Assembly: GCA_951406725.2 (NCBI GenBank)
Contig: OX597818.1
Location: forward strand, 70,432,001-70,496,000
Source of the DNA: Octopus vulgaris
Taxonomy: Eukaryota
Length of the DNA stretch: 64,000 bases
Reading direction: 5' to 3'
In this document: one piece after another, positions 52,624 through 64,000 of the stretch
Position numbering within the stretch: position 1 is the stretch's first letter
Layout of the letters: each line of letters starts with the position of its first letter
Notes under the pieces: model-generated
What the model saw: the letters and a program-made list of their open reading frames with translations, nothing else
Database searches by the model: none
Told to the model about the DNA's origin: nothing
Program-made: the position numbers and the translations under genes

Positions 52624-55290
52624 ATTATTCAGTAGTCTTACTTTTATCATGTGCTTTCACTGCACAACTAAGCACAACTCTGTGTGCCTTGGGTATGTGC
52701 TGTGGCTTCTTGTGGTGCTCTTATTTTCACTGTATTGAAAGTGTTTTGCATAGGATGTGTGCAGTGCCTAGAAGTGCTATTTTCTGTATGTTATATATAC
52801 TTGGAAGTCCTGGTGTTTTTGTTATGCATTTGCCTGAATGCTTTTTTTATCATACCTAATGCACCTACTATGATAGGAATTGTTTCTGGTTTTTAGATTC
52901 CGCATTTGAGTTACTTCTATTTCCAGATCTTTGTATTTTGAAGGTTTCTCAGTTTCTTTTAGAGAAACATTGTCATCTGTTGGTATTGATACATCGATTA
53001 GAAAGCATTTTTCTCCTTGGTGATCTCTGACAACTATATCCAGCATATTGGCCCTGATTTTTCTGTTTGTGTGTATTGGTATATCCCAGAGTTTGCTTGC
53101 TTTCCCATTTTCTTTGACCTTTTCAGGCATATGTCTATACCATCTTTTTTTCTGTTGTTATTCCATAGTGTTGGCATAGCTTCCATTGAATATAGATCCC
53201 AACTCTGTCGTGTCTGTGAATATATTCTTTCTTTGCCAGGACTGGGCAGCCAGAGACAATATGATTTATTGTTTCTTCTCCATCACCACATATTCTACAG
53301 TTACTTGTTGTATTTCTTTACATTACGTGTTTTTGGTGATTTCTTGTAGGGAGGCTTTGGTCTGGTGCTGCAATTAAAATCCTTCAGTCTCTGCTTTGAG
53401 TCCTGAGCTTCTCAGCCATTTTGGGGATTTTGCTTTGTCTATTTCTTTTCTGTTTAGCTTAACCCAATATCTGTCATGTAGGGGCTTTTCTTGCCATCGT
53501 TTTATTATGATCCATTGCTGTTCCAGTTTTAGTTTGGAATTCAGCTGTTTTACAGCTTTTGTTCTTTCTTCTTTTTCTTCATAGTTGTCAGGCAGTTTGA
53601 CTTCCTTTTTGCATTTGTCAGCTTCTTTAAAGACTGAAAACAGTTTTTTGTTTTGCTTGTGTTTTGTGGTTATTTGTATTAGCTTTCCTTGCTTCCAAAG
53701 TAGGCATTTCTGTAGTCATATGAGGGTTATTTTCTAATAGTTTTCTAGCTGTATAAGGTCTCTACCACCTTCGATACATTGTATATATAATCTTTCTATG
53801 TCAGATTTTGGGTGGTGCATCCTAAATCCTGCTGTTATTGTTCTTGTTTTCCAGTCAATTTTGATTAGTTCATTTTGAGTCCAGTTAAAAATATTGTAGC
53901 TGTAACTTATAACTGGGACGACTAGAGTGTTGATACCTATTATCTTGCTTTTTGCATTGAGCTCTGTTTTCAGTATTAATCTAACTCATCTGTAGTATTC
54001 TTTTCTTATTTTCTATTTCATTTGTGTGTGTTGTTCTTAAGTATTTGTATATCTGGTTTTGGTCTTATTCTCTTATTTCATTTGCCTTATCTAGTGTGAT
54101 GTTGTTACTCTTAACTAGTTTTCCTCTTTTCAAGGTTGCTTTGGCACACTTTTCTTAGCCAAAGTTCATCTTTATTTCTTTGGTAAATCTATGTACCGTC
54201 TGTAGTGATTTACCATTTGTAGCATACAGTTTAAGATCATCCATATACAAGAGGTAGTTGATTGCTTTGCCATGACAGTTGTATCCACATCCAGTTCTGT
54301 TTAGCATGTCAGATAAAGGTGTCAGTAGAGGAGGGGAGAGAGCATGTCGCCCTGGAATATTCCTCTTCTAATGGGGATGGCTTTGGTTTTTATGAGTCTC
54401 TCTTTTGTCTGGAGATGTAGCACTGTCTGCCATTTATTCATGGAATGTTTTTTATATTTTATGATTATTGATGCTACCTTGTTCATGGCTAGTGTTTCTG
54501 GGATCCATGTATGGGGAATACTATCAAAAGCCTTTCAATAAAGGATCCAAACCGTATTTAGGCCCCTCTTCTTTCTGTGGCTATCTTCAATTATGGCTTT
54601 ATTGATTAATATCTGATCTTTACAGTCATGAGCCCTTGCAGTATCCCTTCTGCTCCTCTGGAAACAGGTTGGTTTCTTCCAGATGTTTGTCCATTCTCTG
54701 CAATATTATTGCAGTAAAGACTTTGTAAATTGTAGGGAGACAAGTTATTGGTCTGTAATTTTGTGGGTTTGCCGTTTCAGTGCATTTTGGAATTAGGATA
54801 GTTTTCTCTTCCATGAGCCATTCAGGCATTGTCTCCGACTCTGCTAGTATTTCATTAAATTTCTCAGCCAGCTTTTTATGTGTTCTTGTTAAATATTTTA
54901 ACCAGAAGTTGGGGATCTTGTTGTGCCCGGGTGCCTTTCAGTTGCTTGGTTTTTGCAGTGCTTCAGTGACCTCTTCAGTTTTTATAGGGTCCAGAGTTGT
55001 TCAGGTGCTGCATTTGTTGATGGACCTTTTCTGAGGTTGTTCCTTCACTGACCATATTTCTTTCCAAAATTCTTCCACTTCCTTTACTGTCGGTGCTGCA
55101 TTGATCTTTTATTGTTTTATTTTTGCCTAGTTCTTGGTAGAATTTTTGGGGGGTTGGAGTTGAACTGTTTGTTTTGTTCAAAGAAACGTTGGCATTTCTC
55201 ATACTAGTCAATTCTTTGTGCTTTGGCGAGGATATTTTGCTTTAGCTCTTCTTCTACCTCGGGTACACCCTGCTCTGTAATTTTGTATTT
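52624..55290 (-). mobile_element. R4/Dong-type LINE, about 2.7 kb 5'-truncated copy with RT and RLE domains (family D)
   Basis: KAPGHNKIPNFWLK, TILIPK...NYRPITCLPTIYK, EEQKG, KAFDSIPH, GIFQGD, YMDDLKLYA and LWDIPIHT...DIVVRD...LIDVSIP...KYKDLEIE motifs, with frameshifts. The 5' end lies at (TTA)n. Confidence 0.92.
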
Positions 55291-55326
55291 ATAAATTATT
55301 CATTATTATTATTATTATTATTATTC

Positions 55327-55530
55327 AGGCAGTGAGCTGGCAGAGCTGCTAGCACACTGGACAAAATTCTTTGTAGCATTTTGTCCATCTTTGCATTTTG
55401 AGTTCAAATTCTGTCAAGGGTGACATTACCTTTCATCCTTTCAGGGTCAGTAAAGTACAATAGATATCAACTGAGAGCAGGGTCAATGGAATTAACTCGT
55501 CTCTTCGCCCCAAAATTGTCTAAAGTAGAA
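55327..55530 (+). mobile_element. Meta-type SINE copy
   Basis: ggcagtgagctggcagagc...gagttcaaattctg...cctttcatcctttcagggtc. Confidence 0.75.
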
Positions 55531-56091
55531 AAGATTATTACTATTAATGTCTTTATATGGGGTTTTAAATCTTGGAGCCCTTTTTGAATTTTACACAATA
55601 TCCTAACTTGCAATTAATATTTGTTTTCTGTCTTCATACGAAACTAAACTAAGTGATCCTTTGTTCTATCCCCCCATCCTCCCCTTCCACACCCTACCCC
55701 ACACTGCAAATATTCAATAAATAAAAAGATGTACGACTCACACCCCTTTCTACCCTTATCCCCACCCCTTAATCTATCTAATCCAATTTTCTGTCATCAG
55801 CCACTTGCTGCCATGCAACCTTTCCAATCAATAACCAATCACTTCAGTTGTATTGATTTTCTAACATAAGCAGAAAATGAAAATTTGATAGTGTATCTCT
55901 CAGTTGATGTAGTGGCTTTCATGCCTTCTCTCAGTGGATGTAGTAGCTTTCAGTCATCCCTGATCCTGTTGACATGGCAACCAAATCAGTATCCAGTCGT
56001 TCCATGTCCATGGTGAAGAGGGGGGGGTCCCTGAAGAAACTAGATTGGATATTATTGAATCAGTTCTGACAATCAAAGACAACTGATTTAA

Positions 56092-56286
56092 CCCTTTTCG
56101 TTCCAACCTACCTGAGTCTGTCCTTCCTTCTTTGACACCGAGTCCTTCTTCTAAATTGATCTGAATTCAAATTCTTTCATCAGAATTCCATTCCTTCCAG
56201 CATGAGTCTTTTTTTTTTACAGAATTCTTCTTTATTGTCAAAATGAACTGAAACAATTTTTCAACAGGAATAGGGTAACAAAGAGG
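56092..56286. mobile_element. Decayed piggyBac-type MITE related to 23971-24191
   Basis: TTAA|cccttttcgttcc ... ggtaacaaagagg|TTAA, with internal similarity (aattctt..ttatt.t.aaa.t.aa.tgaaa). Confidence 0.6.
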
Positions 56287-56607
56287 TTAAGACAGCCATT
56301 TCAGGCTCAGCTGTTTGTAATGATAATGTCTAAAGGGGAAAATATGGTTTAAGTTGGTGGATACGCCTCCTGTTTCGGCTGTCAGTGAAAGGTGAAAATG
56401 ACATCCAATATAGCACACAGCCATGCAGGGCACAGTATGGCACAGTATGGCACCATATAGCACACGGCCTTACACAGGGCAGAGTAGAGCATTATACACT
56501 GATCTCTAATTACTAATTCATACTGACTGTTTTAGTAATTTTGAGGTTGATAGCTTACCACAGCCACTTCTACTGCAACCCCACCACCACTAATGCCGAT
56601 GTTGCTG

Positions 56608-56664
<57 letters not shown>

Positions 56665-58699
56665 ATGTAGTTTGTTATCTACCTAAATATTGATTTCTCT
56701 AATTATATCAACAAAAAGATTTTAACCAAATAGCGAAGTGAGTGAGATATTAGAAGCAAATTTATGATCAAAGGTCACTCCAAATATGACCACCCTATCT
56801 TTTGAGGAGTATGCTTACCCACATTATCTAATGTAGCCTTTTTCTTCTCTAATATTTTAGGGTGTGATGTGAGGGATATTTGGTTGCTATTTCTAGATGG
56901 AGTGACCATGTAGTGGAATGGTTCCCAATCTTCTTTTTGACTTTGTAGTTGCATTAAAGATCAAACAAAAAACATTGCTTTCAATGCAAACTAAAAAAAA
57001 TTACTGATGCATATCTCTGTTTAAAAAAAATCTGAGCTTTAAAGTTACAAATTCAGAAAAAAATATAGAAAACTTGGGTATAAAAAAAAATAGAAATTAC
57101 GAAGTTTTAAAAAAAAATGCTTGGTTATTAGTGTGGATGTTCTGAAGCCTTAAATTGTATTTCAAAAAAATCCATGAGACTCCATTTGAGAATCGCTAGT
57201 GTAGATGTGCTTCCGTGTTGGCTCCCTGGTGTCTCTAAGGAATTTTTATTCTGCCAATATGAGGAGTTAAGTCAGTATTAACGTATTTAATTGAAGGAAC
57301 ACTAAAAACCTAACTTGAAAAAAGAATGTCGTAAGGGTGGGGGAGTACAAATCTCAGTTCATGATAAAATTCTTTCCATTTTCTTAAATCATGGCTGGAC
57401 AAATGAAAATTTTATTCGTTTTAGTTTTCAGTTCTTTCAAGTTTTTCAAAGAAGCAGATTAGCAGAATTGTTAGAGCATAGGCTCTTTAAGTTTTGAGTT
57501 CAAATTCCACTGAGGTGAACTTTGACTTTTCAACCCATCAGGGTTAATAAGATAAAATGTTGGTGAAATACTGGGGTTGATGTAATGTACTGATTGCCTC
57601 TCCTGAAAGCTGTTGACCTTGTGCCCTAGCAAGAAGTAATTATTTTAATTATTTCAATATAACAAGAAGCAATTTAGGGCATGTTTTGGTCTTATTATGC
57701 TCTCATCAGTGAAACAGAGACTGCACCATAAGTACCAAATAATGATGAGAGAATTGGCACCCCTGGCTAATCTAATATGTAAACAACCTTGATTTTCTAA
57801 TTAGAATTAGATTACCCAATACCTAATATCATCTCGTCACTTAATTATTTCTGTTTAGCTTCATAATGCTCACTGCGTTAGATTTATTAATACTAACTTG
57901 ATGATTGCTTCTCATACAGATGGCATCTCTGAGTAATTCATTCTGTAAACAATTCTAGAATGAATAGGATGAGTTCATTGGGTAATTGGCAGGATATCAG
58001 ACAAAATACCTTGTGGTATTTGTTCCAGTTTTGTATGTTCTGAAATCCCCTCTGCTTCTCATCCGTGGGGGAGCAGGCATGGGAGGGAAAGCTTAAATAA
58101 AAAATGTACCAATCCAGAGCAATAAATTCACAGAGATTATTGTGTCATGATTTCACCTGTAATGACACTGGTATCACACTGTATTATTGATACCTGTCAT
58201 TCTCCAGGACATCAGTGCTGTAGAAGGGGCAAACTTTCTACTATTGGTCTTCTGTTAAAAAGGAAAAACTTCTTTCCTGATGTTTATATCTTGAAGAGAA
58301 ACTTCCCAAAAGTCACTCTTGCCTGACAGAGTTAAGTCTGGCTAACTTGGACATGATTAAAACATCTTCATCTTAAGACTTTGTGTTGGAACATTTTGTC
58401 TTCTTCTAAACTCTAACTTAAATGCTACAAGTTCATTATTTCAAATATATTCTACAAAATTCTTCATCAATTTTAAAAATCATTGTAAGTTATAAGCAGT
58501 TTATTTTATGAGAAATATTACAACAATGTAAGGGGATGAAACATCGCAGCAAATAGATTTTCCTTCCAAAACATTTAACTGTGGATCAATCCACTTGCTG
58601 GACTTAGAAATGGAACCAGCTCACAGCACTTCTCTTCCTAAACATCAAGTTCTGCCAGTCTCTCTTTCACAGTAGAGATGTTCTGCTAGAGAATGGATT

Positions 58700-60200
58700 G
58701 CAGATGATGGATAGTGAAAAGCCCACCAGATATGATGTTTAGTTGCAAGATAAGCAGATGAACAGCACAAAGGCATCCATAAATATACATTATAGAAGAG
58801 ATCAAAGACACAGATCAGCAATTGATCTTGATATTGTCTCTGACCTCTTTGATCCTGTGCTGGATGTTTGTGTAAAGAGATGGGCTGAGATGTCAACTGG
58901 TCACTATTTAACTGTCTTCAGTCTGAGACTACCCAAGGCCAAGAAATCCTCAAAGCAGAATAAAATGAGAAGCACTGGCTAATAAAGTGTTCAAGACCAG
59001 ATATGCAGACACTGTTGCATCCAAATTCAGAGAAATCCTAAACAAATAAAGGATGTTGAAACGGAGTGGAAACTGTTCAGCTTGGCTGTTAATGCAGCAA
59101 ATGAAAGTAGCTTAGTGTGGTGATGGGTGGCAAGGGGGCCCCTTGCTTCATTCAGGGGGTTAAAAGACATCAGAGCAAAGAAGGAGGAAGCTTACAAAGC
59201 TTGGTTTGGAAACAAGTCCTCCTTCTGGAACTTTTAGTACAAGAATGTGCCAAGAAACACAGAGACAGTAAATGCATCCGAGATTAAGACATGGGAGGGA
59301 ATTGGAGGGAAGTTGGAATCCAGCTTTAGATCAGCAAATAAAGTATTCTGGCAGGCCTTTTGCTGACTTCGTAATAAGAAGCAGCCCTTTTCTCTTTTAT
59401 CAGGAACTTGTTTCAAGTCCATCTCTTTGAAGAGAAGTGCATTCTTGCAAAGTGGAAAGAATACTCTGCTGATCTCCTAAACCAGGTCACAACAACTTCT
59501 GATGGACTTGAGGTGCATCTGAGAGTGATGACTAACCTCTTGGAGACTGAGATCACAAGAACAATTGTGGCAAGGTCCCTGGAGGGGATGAAATTCAGAC
59601 TGAGATGTTAAGAGCTTTAAATAAAGGTATTCTCTGGCTGAGCCATGTGTGCCAGGTGACCTGGATCTCTGGAAAGGCACCTCAGCAGTGGCATTTGGTA
59701 ATGCAATCCCAATTTTCAGAAAAGGAGACAAAGATTGCTCAAATAACAGAGGTATTTCCTTGTTAAGCCTTCCCTGTAAAAGTCTCTGCTGGATGTTTGA
59801 CGAAGAAATGTAAGGATATTGTTGAGTCCAAGTTGGCAGACAAGCAGTGTGGTCAAGAGGTATATGCTTGCTTCGTAGGCCTCAAAAAGGTATACAACGA
59901 CCAAAATGCTAGTGAATGCAAGCAGGTGTGATAGAGTTCTTATGAAGGGTCTTTAGAATAAACTTATTCAATAGAGTGCATAGTTTGGAGATCAGAGAAG
60001 CACTCCAGGTAGAGCCACTCCGGGTGGAGCCACTACTCATTGGCAGGAGACCCAGGAGTAGACCACAAATGAAATGGTTGGATAACATCCATGAGTTCAG
60101 GTGGATCAGTTGGAGATGGATGTTTCTAATAGGACTTGATGGAAGGCATGCTTAAGAACTCTACTCCGTGACCCTCCCACAAATAAGTTTGCAAAGAAAA
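58700..60200 (+). mobile_element. Heavily deleted RTE-type LINE
   Basis: IPIFRKGD..CSNNRGISLLSLPCK (RT domain 1-2), cttcgtaggcctcaaaaagg (FVDLKKA-like) and ggagacccaggagtagaccacaaatgaaatgg (RPRGRP..W C-terminus). Confidence 0.7.
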
Positions 60201-60767
60201 TTAGATGAGTCTGTCTTTTGTATATGTGTTTGTCCTTCATTCTCCAGTTTTCTCCTCACTCACGTCACCTTCATTAATTGAAATTATCATAAAATTGTAT
60301 CAGCAGATATTTATTTCCATCTTAACATTTCAATTTGTTTTTATCCGATGCAACATTGTTTTGAAGTTTTTGCTTTCTGTTTTTGTTTTACAGAAACAAA
60401 TTCCTATATTTTTGCCTTCATCAGAATCTTACAGTATGGGAAATTCTTTAAAGGTAAGAATTACATACTTAGTTCCATGTATGTTCTGATTTTTTTTCCA
60501 GACGAAATGATGATGAATAATTACACTGCTTTAAATGATGATAAATAATTACACTGTTTTAAATTTCGAAATTGAAATTGTAAATTCCAAGTTATATTTC
60601 ACCAATTCACTATCATGTATGTCATAGATGTCATACTTTCCTAAATAGTGGAAGAACCTTTGCTGGTGACAAATGACTCTTATTCTAGCAAGAATTCTGG
60701 TATTATGTGAGATCCTCGTCCACTTATATGTTATTATTGGCACTGTAATATTCTATCACCACTATTA

Positions 60768-61032
60768 TGTTGTAGTGGTATTCCACGTCTTATTACCTTT
60801 GACTCATCTATAAATGTTATTGCTGTTAGCTCCGCAAGACAGTGACTTGAAACATCTTACCTTGACAGTAACTCAAACTTGTATGTATCATATAACTGAC
60901 ACTGGCTCCAACTGAAAAACTGTACAATGACTCTACTACCACTGACTTTCTACAACGACTGACTGTCTGGCTTTATAGTGGCCCAGTCATACCACTTTGT
61001 CATGTTGGAAGGGGAGTACCATTTTCACAACA
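60768..61032 (-). mobile_element. Probable solo LTR (265 bp)
   Basis: TGTTGT...ACAACA termini. The minus strand has TATAAA followed by cagtc-rich repeats and AATAA-like motifs. The TSD is not clean. Confidence 0.5.
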
Positions 61033-61534
61033 AATTTCTGACCATCTCATAAAATATTCCCAGATGAAATGGTACTTTTTCCCCAATAATTTGCAAAGTG
61101 GAGCATGACCACTTAATTCTGTGGACCATGCACACAACAAAGTATCCAAAAAAGAGATTTAATCTCAAGGAATTTAAGTAAGTGGACCAATATGTTATCC
61201 ATTATATGTGTGTATGAATGTATGAGTACACAAAAGTATGTGTGAATTTTATAAATATATATATGTATACATAAAAGTTCAAGATACCAGCAAATCAAAT
61301 CCTTAAATAGTAAAGCACCAAGGTCAGGTCAATAAAATCACTATCGTTTACAAATCAAAATTAGTGGAACATACCAAGGTAAAGACAGATCTATATTCCA
61401 GTTGCATGTACAATCACAAGCAGCCAGCTGCACCTGGGTACGAGTACTGCACTCAATAGACACCAGATCCATGCTAATTGCAGGTTCTGAGTAAGGTGAA
61501 TAATAAGCAAATAACAACAGATGGATTGTGGTTC

Positions 61535-61593
61535 ATTCACTACAGCTGTTTCAGACATATTTTTTTGGTGAATAGCGTTTACATCAGGTGAAT
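61535..61593 (-). ncRNA. Type I hammerhead motif (A9 substituted) in a probable PLE pLTR remnant spanning about 61265-61680
   Basis: The minus strand reads AUUCAC-CUGAUGU-AAACG..UGUCU-GAAA-CAGCUG-U-A-GUGAAU, with a 6-bp stem I, a perfect palindromic stem III ACAGCUGU and a GUA cleavage triplet. Confidence 0.7.
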
Positions 61594-61684
61594 ATATGCA
61601 CAAATTAAACCATAAAAAAAATATTCCTACGAATCTGAGTACCTGCCATTTCATGATTTCCTGGTGAATTTCAAGCAAAGAATG

Positions 61685-61736
<52 letters not shown>

Positions 61737-61819
61737 TGTATATATGCATGTATATATATTGGTATACATATATATATATACACACATATATGGATCAAAA
61801 TAGTTTGGTTCAGATTTGT

Positions 61820-61859
61820 TGGTACTCTGAGTTTCAAGGGTGGTGCTAGTCTTCAGCCA
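61820..61859 (-). ncRNA. Type I hammerhead motif with degenerate stem II in a probable pLTR remnant spanning about 61790-62075
   Basis: The minus strand reads UGG-CUGAAGA-cuagcaccacccuu-GAAA-CUC-a-GAG-U-A-CCA, with intact core, stem I and stem III. Confidence 0.6.
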
Positions 61860-62456
61860 TTTTGAATTTAAAAGAAGTTTATTGTTATTACCGTAAGATG
61901 GGTTGTGATTGGTCGAAGAAGGTCATGTGGTGCCATGACTTTATGTTGGTATATCGGTATATCAGCAACAACAATTAGTTGGATAATACCACATGGTGAA
62001 CAGGAAGTTGACTGCATGGTGAACAGGAAATCAGCAAGGTTGTTGGAGTGGAAATAGGAAGGGGTGGTATGCACAAGTACATAGTTGTATATGTGGGTGT
62101 GTGGAGTCGCTCATATGCTTTTTTATGCATGTCTGTATTGATGTGAGTGTGCGCATCTGTACATGGGTATGTGTATGCATGCCCACACACATACACATGT
62201 ACATATATATATGAACGAAGATGCATGCACACACACACATGCATATTCATTTATATGTACATATGTATATGTGCATGCATGCATATACACATGTATACTA
62301 ATGTGTGCATACACACATGTGCATGGACATATGTGCTTACACACACATACATACTCACGTGCACATACGCATATGTACATGCACATACTCATATTTACAT
62401 ATATGTACATATATAAGCACACACACATATATGTATATATATGAATATATATATAT

Positions 62457-62490
62457 ACAAGGTTGGCCAAAAGTCACCCGACAGTAAATC
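62457..62490. mobile_element. Isolated Tc1/mariner-like terminus
   Basis: TA|caaggttggccaaaagtcacccgacagt follows (TA)n. No partner end was found. Confidence 0.35.
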
Positions 62491-62749
62491 AATATTAAAT
62501 CTCAAAGTAGATGATAGAGCTCTAAAATGTAAATTTTAGGGTGAAAACCCTTTTGGATAGAGAAAGTCAAAGGCTGTCCATGAGACTACGGCTTTTAATT
62601 GTTGAAAGTTTATAAATTCTAATAATATAAAAAAAAATCTATATGCAAGCATGCAGTTGTGTGTGTGTGTGTATGTGTGTACATTCGTTATACGTATTCC
62701 TACATATATTTGAAGCATGAATGATGATGATGATGATGATGATATATAT

Positions 62750-63010
62750 TGTAACCTCTGTGATAGAATATTTTATTTTTCTCTCCCAAAGAACTGTGTT
62801 GGGTTTGTGTTTGAAGTTGGCAAAAATTCTGAAGGGAATGTCCCACACCACTTTTTTCCTTGGTCATCCTTATTCCAGGTTCACTCTTTCCTATGGCTAA
62901 CATCATTTCAGTAATAAGTGCAGCATTGAAAGAAAATACGCTGATTATTTTGGGGCAGTTGCTATTCATATGCACAATATACTCCACAGATATGTGACAT
63001 AATTGGTGTA
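62750..63010 (-). mobile_element. Decayed RLE-LINE fragment
   Basis: VWDIPFRIFANFKHKPNTVLWERK...ITEVT resembles WDxPI...HNKPDIVxW...IIEV. Confidence 0.5.
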
Positions 63011-63128
63011 CGTATGTGTGTATGGTTTGTATATGCAGTATGCCTGTGAGTGTATACATGTGTGCATGTGAGTACATATACATAAAACATACATATATAT
63101 ATTTATATATATATATACATATATTTAA

Positions 63129-63159
<31 letters not shown>

Positions 63160-64000
63160 CGTCCATATTGTAGACATGCAATCTTTAATTACAGCTGTTA
63201 TCTATGAAATGTCATTACAATAAATATGAGCACATTATATGGAATAGTCTTCAACTTTACAGCATAAATGCAATAACCATGAAGATAACAAAGACTGCCA
63301 TTCCACCTCGCACCAATCAGAGAGTAACATGTTAATAGCAGCAATATAAACCTGAACACAACCAGAGAAAGATATCCTGGTTAGATCAGAATTACTTCAG
63401 AAACATTTCTAATTTCATATTATTAGTAGTCTAAGGAGATATTCACAAGATATGTGTCACTAAATTGTATTTGGAATATCTTTGCTGCCTTATTGCAACC
63501 TTTCCTCATCATCATCATCATTGTCATCATCATCGTTATCCTCCTCCTCCCCCTCATCATCATCATTTTTTTTTATATTATATGTTCGTTTTTGTGTTGT
63601 GTTTGTTTTCTGTTTTATTTCTCTCTGAATGTTTCACAGTCAACTTGATGGCTGTTAGAGATAGTTGTTTTATACAGGAATATCTTGGTTTGCTCTCACA
63701 TATAAATAATCTTATCACAGATACAAATTCTACTGCCACAAGATATCATTTTAATTGTTCACACTTTTGCACATGCACACACGCACACATACACACACAC
63801 ACACTCACACACACGTATCTATATGTAAGTAGGAGATACATATTATAAGTATATGATGTAAATACGCACATATAAATACATACATGTATATATTTACACA
63901 TATACATACATATACACAGAGAGAAAGACTACACACACACACACACACACATATGCACTCACAAACATATTTCTCTACATGAAGAGTCTATAGTGAAAAT

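Noticed and set aside
57675-57712. Minus-strand CUGAUGA-gagc..gacc-AAAA-CAUGC as a hammerhead
   Set aside because: It needs several substitutions (G12, stem II, stem III) and has no stem I, so it is too degenerate to support.

Overview
AT-rich, microsatellite-dense animal genomic DNA with no confidently identifiable host protein-coding exon, so probably intronic or intergenic. The repeat landscape strongly resembles an octopus (coleoid cephalopod) genome; this is an inference. It holds tRNA-derived and Meta-domain SINEs, RTE-related SINEs, decayed RTE and CR1/L2 LINEs, several R4/Dong-type RLE LINEs, Tc1/mariner remnants (including a DD37D/maT transposase), piggyBac- and hAT-type MITEs and LTR relics. 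Almost all ORF-track entries are microsatellite artefacts. The most notable signal is a dense set of Penelope-like element (PLE) derivatives embedded in (TA)n tracts. These include a young PLE at 45522-47217 with a GIY-YIG fragment and near-identical inverted arms, several asymmetric fold-back mini-elements, and at least six loci with minimal type I hammerhead-ribozyme topology (canonical CUGANGA cores, a U3/A8 variant and one highly divergent core). Boundaries of decayed repeats are approximate, and all calls were made by eye.
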